DNA of 32,000 nucleotides from Dickeya solani IPO 2222 (GTDB lineage Bacteria; Pseudomonadota; Gammaproteobacteria; Enterobacterales; Enterobacteriaceae): NCBI RefSeq assembly GCF_001644705.1, contig NZ_CP015137.1, positions 2,790,001 to 2,822,000 of the forward strand, read 5' to 3'. Shown piece by piece: positions 26,227 to 32,000 of this stretch (position 1 is its first letter; each line of letters starts with the position of its first letter). The notes under the pieces were generated by a model. It saw only the letters and a program-made list of their open reading frames with translations, ran no database searches and was not told where the DNA came from. The position numbers and the translations under genes were made by a program.

Positions 26227-27228
26227 ATGAAGGCGTTCATCATCGACCGCTATGGCAGTAAAAGCAGTGGACGAATTGGCGAGATGCCTGAGCCGGAGAT
26301 GCGGGACGATGACGTCCTGATTCAGGTTCATGCTGCCGGCGTCAACCTGCTTGATGCAAAAATCAGCAAAGGCGAGTTCCGGCTAATTCTGCCATATCGT
26401 CTGCCATTGGTGTTGGGAAACGATGTGGCTGGCGTGGTCGTTCGTGTCGGGTCGGGCGTGCGTCGGTTTAAGCCTGGCGATGAAGTCTACGCGCGTCCCG
26501 ATCAGGATCGCATCGGCGCGTTCGCCGAATTCATCGCAGTGAAAGAGGATTCTCTGGCGTTAAAACCGGCCAACCTCAGCATGACGGAGGCGGCCTCTAT
26601 TCCTTTAGTCAGCCTGACGGCCTGGCAGGTGCTGGTTGACACCGCAAAGTTGAAGAAAGGGCAGAAAGTGCTGATTCATGCCGGTTCCGGTGGTGTGGGC
26701 ACCCTCGCTATCCAGCTCGCCAAACATCTCGGCGCTTTCGTCGCCACCACCACCGGTACGAGTAACGTTGAATGGGTAAAAGCGCTGGGGGCGGATGTAG
26801 TCATCGACTACAGAAAACAAGACTTTGAGACTGTCCTGCGGGATTACGATGTGGTGCTGAACAGCCTGGGCAGCGATGTGCTGGAGAAATCGCTACAGGT
26901 GCTGAAACCCGGCGGGCAGCTCATCTCTATCTCTGGCCCGCCAGCGCCAGAGTTTGCGACAGAACAGGGGCTATCATGGGGGCTGAAACAGGTGATGCGC
27001 CTTTTAAGCTACCGAATCAGAAAGAAGGCAAGGCAAAGAGGCATCCGTTACTCGTTTGTCTTTATGCGGGCCAGCGGAGATCAGCTTCGTGAAATTGGCA
27101 CCCTCATCGAGTCTGGCGTTATCAAGCCGGTTGTGGATCGGGTCTTTCCAATCGACTCAACGGCGGATGCGCTGGCCTACGTTGAAACTGGGCGAGCGAA
27201 AGGTAAGGTGGTCGTCAAATTGAGGTAG
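26227..27228 (+). CDS. NAD(P)H-dependent medium-chain (zinc-type ADH / quinone oxidoreductase family) oxidoreductase
   Basis: 333 aa. GroES-like N-terminal domain (LIQVHAAGVNLLD, GNDVAGVV). Rossmann AGSGGVGTLAIQLAKHLGA. GGAGAG SD. Confidence 0.9.
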   Translation: MKAFIIDRYGSKSSGRIGEMPEPEMRDDDVLIQVHAAGVNLLDAKISKGEFRLILPYRLPLVLGNDVAGVVVRVGSGVRRFKPGDEVYARPDQDRIGAFAEFIAVKEDSLALKPANLSMTEAASIPLVSLTAWQVLVDTAKLKKGQKVLIHAGSGGVGTLAIQLAKHLGAFVATTTGTSNVEWVKALGADVVIDYRKQDFETVLRDYDVVLNSLGSDVLEKSLQVLKPGGQLISISGPPAPEFATEQGLSWGLKQVMRLLSYRIRKKARQRGIRYSFVFMRASGDQLREIGTLIESGVIKPVVDRVFPIDSTADALAYVETGRAKGKVVVKLR

Positions 27229-27320
27229 TGGTTATCCGTTGGCGAAGGGATCTGTAAGTCATAAACCATATCCTGTTTGATTCAAAAAACTTAATCATAT
27301 GCTACAGGATCGTCATGTTT

Positions 27321-27410
27321 AGGGGACAAAAGGGATGCTGTCCCCTGAAAAATAAAAAATCCACTGCTAAGATTTTGATTAATTGTATTATTTTTTATAA
27401 AAATTGGTGG
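27321..27410. repeat. distal att-like direct repeat of the ileX island
   Basis: Collinear blocks shared with 31047-31140: aggggacaaaa(a)ggg, aaaaaa[t/g]ccac, ttgtatta, and tataaaa[a/t]ttggtgg (27396-27410 vs 31126-31140, 14/15). About two-thirds identity overall by eye. Confidence 0.55.
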
Positions 27411-27535
27411 GCAGTGACCGTTAAATGATTCTATAAACGGGTTATCTGTCGGTTTTTCGGGAGAAGGTCAGTTTGGCGGGCGGAAGAATAGGAAAGTTTA
27501 GGAGACAACTCTGCTCAACACAAAGGGCAGAATAT

Positions 27536-27561
27536 TACCGCCCGGATATTTCCGGACGGTA
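27536..27561 (-). terminator. possible terminator after the small secreted-protein gene
   Basis: taccgcccgga (27536-27546) / tccggacggta (27551-27561), one mismatch. Only a weak U-rich tail on the minus strand. Confidence 0.35.
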
Positions 27562-27610
27562 AATGAGATAACGCTTCCATCACCTGTCGTTTCTAAAACA
27601 GACAATGCGC

Positions 27611-27994
27611 TTACTGACAGTTTGGTGCGGCGGCAGTATTCGTGTTGGCAACCGCGTTGATGTTGGTGAACGCAGCTGCATTGTTGGAAGCCTGGAAACA
27701 GTAGTTATCATTGCCTTGTACGGCGTAGAAACACGAAACAACATTTGCCGGAATAGTAATATTATGCATTCCGTTAATACTGAAGATTGTCGCGGTTGCA
27801 GCGCGGGTTGCCGGGCTGTTAGGGTTTTTACGGAATGTAATCCCGGTATTGGGTGCCGCTACCGCAATGGCCGAATGATTTTGGCAATTGGCACTGAAAG
27901 GCAGGTCTACGGCAAAAGCAGGTGCAGACAAGGCAGCCAGCGAACTCAGAATAACGCCAGCGGTCAGGGAGCGTGAAAAATGTTTTATTTTCAT
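27611..27994 (-). CDS. small secreted protein, 4 Cys, unknown function
   Basis: 127 aa from MKIKHFSRSLTAGVILSSLAALSAPAFA|VD (Sec signal, AxA site). Mature ~100 aa, rich in A/N/T, with Cys at ANCQ, VSCF, NYCF and PNCQ. The upstream in-frame extension to 28156 looks like translated AT-rich spacer. Confidence 0.6.
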   Translation of the reverse strand: MKIKHFSRSLTAGVILSSLAALSAPAFAVDLPFSANCQNHSAIAVAAPNTGITFRKNPNSPATRAATATIFSINGMHNITIPANVVSCFYAVQGNDNYCFQASNNAAAFTNINAVANTNTAAAPNCQ

Positions 27995-28157
27995 AAAATA
28001 TATATCCTTGTTTACCATGTAGAATAATCTGCAATAAACGCAGAGGCTCGTTGTAACAACACAAGTTTCCCTTGTCCTCTGGCGAAAGAAGTAAGTGATA
28101 AATTTTTTGTATGGATAATGAATTAAGTTTTCGTTAGCATTTTTAATAAAGAACACC

Positions 28158-28817
28158 TTAATTAGCGATAAAATTCAGAGAGCCATCCAACGTATAAGCT
28201 AAGTTTTCTGCTCCTGCACCGAAGGGGATTATAACTGGCTTGCCCATGCTATGCTCTGATATACTGCGGTTATACATTGAATACATGGTAGGCAGTACGG
28301 CCCCCTGTTTAAAATCGGTGACAACCAAATAATACGATAATTTTGGTATCATAAAGTAATAATTCATATTAGGGCTGCCCTGCATTATTATTGCAGGCAG
28401 CTTATTTATAAACAAAGCAATACCCATAGTCAGGGCATTGTAAACCGTAAAACTTGAATCGGTTGAGACTTTTAGTTTGTCAGTAATCTTATTGTCTGAA
28501 TAAGGCTTGCCTGAGAAAAAACCGGCATTGTTATAGCCAATAGGTAGTGCATTATTACCCACGACAACATTCGGAGATGCGGGTGTGGGATCTTGCCCTT
28601 GAGAGAATTTCACACCAATATCAATCTGTCCGCTGGTATTCCCCCAACCTAACCCATAATCGTTTCCATCCCATGAGAAGGTAGCATTTCCACTGTTATT
28701 GATCGACTTCAACCACCAGACAAGTGAAAAGTCACTATTGTCTGAAGAATCACCTATATATACGGCCACATTTTGTTGCAGGCCACTCTTATTAGTCACG
28801 GATACTGAATAAGTCAC
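28158..28817 (-). CDS. hypothetical protein, island paralogue A (219 aa)
   Basis: GTG start 7 nt after GAAGGGG. No signal peptide. N/S/T/G-rich and beta-strand-like. Shares collinear blocks with the 29043..29672 product. Confidence 0.75.
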   Translation of the reverse strand: MTYSVSVTNKSGLQQNVAVYIGDSSDNSDFSLVWWLKSINNSGNATFSWDGNDYGLGWGNTSGQIDIGVKFSQGQDPTPASPNVVVGNNALPIGYNNAGFFSGKPYSDNKITDKLKVSTDSSFTVYNALTMGIALFINKLPAIIMQGSPNMNYYFMIPKLSYYLVVTDFKQGAVLPTMYSMYNRSISEHSMGKPVIIPFGAGAENLAYTLDGSLNFIAN

Positions 28818-28948
28818 AATAGGGCCCCTTCTTAAGGCAAGCTTAGACGACAGTGCTTTCTGTGTGATTGGGTGTTCATGATAGGGAATAAAATCATAAC
28901 AAACTGGTTTCTATCAATGTGTGAAGCTCAGGTCACCCTGTTGTTTTT

Positions 28949-28984
28949 CAAAAAACCAACCTGTCGTTTCCTCCAGATTGGTTT
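28949..28984 (-). terminator. terminator between the two paralogues
   Basis: Minus-strand RNA aaccaatctg-gaggaaacga-caggttggtt followed by ttttg. Lies ~60 nt after the stop of paralogue B. Confidence 0.55.
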
Positions 28985-29042
28985 CTCAGACTACAGCTGT
29001 GAATAAAAGCGCTACAAATATCCTTTCGGGAAAAACACTCTA

Positions 29043-29672
29043 TCAGAGCTGAACAAATTGCAACGTATCATTAAGCTCAAACTTCAATGAGGTTACTCCG
29101 TCAGCGAAGGCGAACTGCAGCGGGCTGCTGACAAATGTTCCTGAAACAGCAACACCTATTTTTGAATCTGTTGTACAAATCCAATATGTCGGATGTGTAT
29201 CAAACATGAAGTTCCCATTGGGTTTCCCCTGCATCGCGAATGCAGGCAGGGAATTCATATAAACAGCAAGACTCATCGCTTTGGATTGCGCGACAGTGAA
29301 TGTTGAGTCGGTTTTTACCAGCATGCTACCGGAAGCAACCTCTGGATTATTATATGCCGTCGGCTGTGTCTGGAACTGGCCATTGGTGAAAGTAACCCCC
29401 ATCGCGTTTTTTCCGCCACTGGCCGTAGGATTCATATTTTGGATCGGGCCGCCGGAACTCCAGAGAACACCAGGGGCTAATGGCTGTTCAGTTGTACCCC
29501 AGTTCAGCGCCCAGTCGATTGACCAGTTATAGCTGTTCGTATTGCCATCGTTGATTGTCTGCAGCAGCCATACCAATGGCAAACCGGTGACCAGATTAGG
29601 GTAAGTTTGATAGATGGCGACATTAGCAGCACCGCCGCTAGAGTTTTTAACAGAAATAGAATAGGAAGACAT
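29043..29672 (-). CDS. hypothetical protein, island paralogue B (209 aa)
   Basis: ATG preceded by AAAGGGA. No signal peptide. Same block structure as paralogue A (YSISVKNSSG..NVAIY, LVWLLQTINDGN, KTDSTFTV, LPAFAMQGKPNGNFMF). Confidence 0.75.
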   Translation of the reverse strand: MSSYSISVKNSSGGAANVAIYQTYPNLVTGLPLVWLLQTINDGNTNSYNWSIDWALNWGTTEQPLAPGVLWSSGGPIQNMNPTASGGKNAMGVTFTNGQFQTQPTAYNNPEVASGSMLVKTDSTFTVAQSKAMSLAVYMNSLPAFAMQGKPNGNFMFDTHPTYWICTTDSKIGVAVSGTFVSSPLQFAFADGVTSLKFELNDTLQFVQL

Positions 29673-30295
29673 AGTGTTATATTCCCTTTCAGTATTTTTG
29701 AGTGATGGAAACCATATTTCAAGCCAATTGACTGTGTTGTTTCGTTCAAGAACGAGATAAGTATTATCCGTTTTGAGTATTGTGCAAATGCTATCTTCCC
29801 GACTTAAACGGGTTATAAAATCCCATCCTTACATAAAAAAGACAGATTATTTTTGTCATTTTAAAGGTAAAAAAATACTCTTTGATCATGCAATCAATGA
29901 GATAAGCCTTGTGTTTGTTAAATTTTTCTTATAAATAAAAAATCAAATTTATAAGATTTTAATTATTTATCAAATTGTGCTATTTTTTATAATGTGTTGA
30001 TTTTTAGTAATAAATAAAAAATAAATGATAATGTTGATTTTAATTTTGCTTTGCCTATCATTAATTCTGAGCATTTAATGTCTTTTTTATTTTATAAAAT
30101 TAAATTTATTAATGTTTTTTTCAAAGCAAACCTGTGCCGTTTGAAATTAATTGCATATGTAATCATTCGCAGGGGGGGAATATGAATAATTTAGGGAGCT
30201 TATGTGCAGAAAGGCCATCCGCCACAAAAACGCCTACTCCTCGCTCTCAGCCGACTGTCAAATTGAGACGCATCTACTACATAACATTGTACATA

Positions 30296-30511
30296 TCAGT
30301 TATTTGTTAAAGAGGTAAGTCTTAATGCTTCTTCAAGATGTTCCGGTGCGAAATGTGAATATCGCATGGTCATTTTTATATCTGTATGTCCAGGTACTCT
30401 TTGCAAAACTAAAATATTTCGACCATTCATCATAAAGTGAGATGCGAGGGTGTGACTCAGCACGTGTATTACCCGAAGAAACGGGCAGATATGGTTTACG
30501 GCTTCTGATAT
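30296..30511 (-). pseudogene. tyrosine recombinase (P2-type phage integrase) C-terminal remnant
   Basis: Only the last ~55-70 residues are integrase-like: HVLSHTLASHFMMNGRNILVLQRVPGHTDIKMTMRYSHFAPEHLEEA (box II with catalytic Tyr). The conserved HxLRH arginine is Ser here. The rest of the 148-aa track ORF is antisense to other fragments. Confidence 0.8.
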
Positions 30512-30641
30512 GGCTAGGGCGCTCCAATACGCCAATGTGAAGTCTATTACTAACCTGTATAACCAGAATTCAGATGAGTTTTCGGCGGGAATGTCATTGG
30601 TCATCGATTCAGTGACCAATGGTATAAACGACTCATCGAGA

Positions 30642-30749
30642 AGAATGAGGATTCGCATATTCTCATTACGTGGTGCCCACCCACTTGCTATGTTCGCCAG
30701 AACGCCGGTCGCGAAAGAGTTTCGGCGTTGGGTGTTAGACATTCTGGGT
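30642..30749 (+). pseudogene. BRO-N / phage antirepressor-like fragment
   Basis: RIRIFSLRGAHPLAMFARTPVAKEFRRWVLDIL resembles the C-terminal end of BRO-N domains (..A..FR.WV...vL). No intact N-terminal part. Confidence 0.45.
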
Positions 30750-30758
30750 CAGGAGGTG

Positions 30759-31040
30759 ATGACAAGGGGGCTACCAGCTAAAGAGCGAGTGGCTGTACTG
30801 TGCCCTTGTTGTGGGAAGCCTGCAAGTGTTATTGGTACAAACTACCTGACACTCTATCGGGTTGAAATCATTGTTGAATGCAATCGGTCAGATTGTACAA
30901 ACCAGAAATTCAAATCTGAGATTTCTTTCTCATATTACATCGAGCAAAAAGACGACAGCCGGATGCTCGGAGAAATCATCTGTGCGCTATCACCACATCA
31001 GAAACAGACATTAATCCGAATGCTATCGGCTCCAGTTTGA
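30759..31040 (+). CDS. Ogr/Delta-family zinc-finger late-gene activator homologue (P2-like)
   Basis: C-P-C-C ... C-N-R-S-D-C (30801-30896) gives CX2C-X22-CX4C, the spacing I recall for P2 Ogr (CPLC-X22-CQNVNC), followed by an F...E.S...YI tail. The start is uncertain: AGGAGG is only 2 nt from the ATG, and the frame is open back to 30510. Confidence 0.6.
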   Translation: MTRGLPAKERVAVLCPCCGKPASVIGTNYLTLYRVEIIVECNRSDCTNQKFKSEISFSYYIEQKDDSRMLGEIICALSPHQKQTLIRMLSAPV

Positions 31041-31046
31041 CCCCTG

Positions 31047-31140
31047 AGGGGACAAAAAGGGGACATTCGCAATTTGTGAAACAAAAAAGCCACCGTGAAA
31101 GGTGGTTTAAGTGTTTGTATTAGCATATAAAATTTGGTGG
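31047..31140. repeat. tRNA-proximal att-like direct repeat of the ileX island
   Basis: See 27321-27410. Includes the tRNA terminator and ends in the tRNA 3' CCACCA (tggtgg, 31135-31140). Confidence 0.55.
31082..31108 (-). terminator. terminator downstream of tRNA-Ile
   Basis: Minus-strand RNA accacc-tttcac-ggtggc followed by tttttt. Confidence 0.6.
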
Positions 31141-31210
31141 CCCCTGTTGGGTTTGAACCAACGACCAAGCGATTATGAGTCGCCTGCTCTAACCACTGAG
31201 CTAAGGGGCC
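31135..31210 (-). tRNA. ileX: tRNA-Ile2 (anticodon CAU, lysidine-type)
   Basis: Reverse complement GGCCCCTTAGCTCAGTGGTTAGAGCAGGCGACTCATAATCGCTTGGTCGTTGGTTCAAACCCAACAGGGGCCACCA. 76 nt cloverleaf, CAT at 31175-31177. Acceptor, D and anticodon arms match E. coli ileX as I recall it, not metT or fMet. Lies downstream of rpoD as in E. coli. Confidence 0.9.
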
Positions 31211-31222
31211 AAGTGGATGTTG

Positions 31223-31251
31223 ATTATAGGTAATCCGGCTAGTGGGGTCTA
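31223..31251 (-). promoter_or_regulatory. candidate promoter of ileX
   Basis: Minus strand TAGACC (31251..31246), 17 nt, TATAAT (31228..31223). The tRNA 5' end is 13 nt downstream of the -10. Confidence 0.4.
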
Positions 31252-31416
31252 TAGCCTGACGGCCATATGGTTGTTTTATATCCAGCACTTAGCCGATTGT
31301 TATTATTAAAAATTCATTATATTTGCGGTGGGAATGGGTGGTAATCGTGAGTAAGGGCAGGGGATACAGAATGTGTCGGTCAGGCGTTATGCTGAGAAGT
31401 AACCACGGGCGTGAGA

Positions 31417-31446
31417 AATAAAAACCCCCGGTCGGGACCGGGGGTT
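31417..31446 (-). terminator. rho-independent terminator of rpoD
   Basis: cccccggtc (31425-31433) / gaccggggg (31437-31445). The minus strand follows with tttttattt. Confidence 0.85.
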
Positions 31447-31474
31447 GATAGCACTGGCGCAATAAAAAATTTTA

Positions 31475-32000
31475 TTAATCGTCCAGGAAGCTACGCAGTA
31501 CTTCGGAACGGCTTGGGTGACGCAATTTACGCAGCGCTTTCGCTTCGATCTGGCGAATACGTTCACGGGTTACGTCGAACTGCTTGCCAACTTCTTCCAG
31601 CGTGTGGTCGGTATTCATGTCGATACCGAAACGCATGCGCAGCACTTTGGCTTCGCGCGCGGTCAGGCCGGCCAGCACGTCGTGGGTGGCGGAACGCAGG
31701 CTTTCCGAGGTGGCGGAATCCAGCGGCAACTCCAGCGTGGTATCTTCGATGAAATCCCCCAGATGCGAATCTTCATCATCACCGATCGGGGTTTCCATTG
31801 AGATCGGCTCTTTGGCGATCTTCAATACCTTGCGGATCTTGTCTTCCGGCATCAGCATACGCTCGGCCAGTTCTTCCGGCGTCGGCTCGCGGCCCATTTC
31901 CTGCAGCATCTGGCGGGAAATACGATTGAGTTTGTTAATAGTCTCAATCATATGCACCGGAATACGGATGGTGCGCGCCTGGTCGGCGATGGAACGGGTG
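31475..32000 (-). CDS. rpoD: RNA polymerase sigma-70, C-terminal part (5' end outside window)
   Basis: Regions 3-4 appear identical to E. coli RpoD as recalled (...[61 protein letters not shown]). The reading frame stays open to the window edge. Confidence 0.97.
   Translation of the reverse strand, partial: TRSIADQARTIRIPVHMIETINKLNRISRQMLQEMGREPTPEELAERMLMPEDKIRKVLKIAKEPISMETPIGDDEDSHLGDFIEDTTLELPLDSATSESLRSATHDVLAGLTAREAKVLRMRFGIDMNTDHTLEEVGKQFDVTRERIRQIEAKALRKLRHPSRSEVLRSFLDD

Larger units (their letters stand above)
27411..31134. mobile_element. decayed integrative island at the 3' side of tRNA-Ile(CAU)
   Basis: Abrupt switch to AT-rich sequence after 27229. Bounded by the diverged direct repeats above. 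Contains a tyrosine-integrase remnant, a BRO-like fragment, an Ogr/Delta zinc-finger gene and three AT-rich cargo genes. Abuts the CCA end of the tRNA. Confidence 0.6.

Noticed and set aside
27995-28156. 54-codon upstream extension of the small secreted-protein ORF
   Set aside because: It is an AT-rich, Phe/Tyr/Lys/Ile-rich translation of spacer DNA. The internal MKIK start yields a canonical signal peptide.
30093-30101. tataaaatt, a possible third (middle) att core between the phage remnant and the cargo genes
   Set aside because: It is only a 9-mer match within very AT-rich DNA, so it is expected by chance. It cannot support a tandem-island boundary without comparative data.
29750-30170. 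Extremely AT-rich tract checked for CRISPR, tandem repeats or a hidden gene
   Set aside because: It has no regular repeat-spacer periodicity and no ORF of meaningful length. It looks like low-complexity A/T-tract promoter or H-NS-type DNA.
30512-30742. N-terminal two thirds of the 148-aa minus-strand 'integrase' ORF, and the first 44 codons of the 176-aa plus-strand ORF
   Set aside because: Only the C-terminal ~70 residues are integrase-like, and the plus ORF is recognisable only from 30642 onward. The mutually antisense parts are best explained as a deletion joint that happens to be open on both strands.

Overview
Chromosomal segment of a fairly GC-rich enterobacterium. RpoD, UhpA, UxaA and YgjV are close to the E. 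coli proteins as I recall them, and the pectinase content suggests a pectinolytic Pectobacteriaceae (Dickeya-type) genome; that assignment is inference. Left to right: hexuronate genes uxaB (5'-truncated by the window edge) and uxaA; ygjV; alx behind a yybP-ykoY (Mn2+) riboswitch; rlmG; a small coiled-coil ORF; an AT-rich islet with a leaderless PL1 pectate-lyase homologue; the full uhpA-uhpB-uhpC / uhpT locus, whose promoter geometry matches E. coli (CRP near -103.5, inverted repeat near -64); spy with a BaeR-box-like site; an ERIC element; a second AT-rich islet encoding a secreted PKD / lyase-like / discoidin protein; a flavin cluster (lipoprotein ApbE, ALDH, a 925-aa OYE-FMN_bind-FAD reductase, and a leaderless second ApbE); and a TetR-linked AKR/SDR/SDR-pseudogene/MDR redox cluster. 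The right end holds a ~3.7 kb AT-rich decayed integrative island abutting tRNA-Ile(CAU) (ileX) downstream of rpoD (partial). The best candidates for something undescribed are (1) the island cargo, two diverged tandem paralogues of ~210 aa with no motif I recognise plus a small secreted 4-Cys protein, and (2) the three-domain flavoenzyme with its own cytoplasmic flavin transferase and unknown substrate. All similarity statements come from reading the translations by eye; no database search was run.
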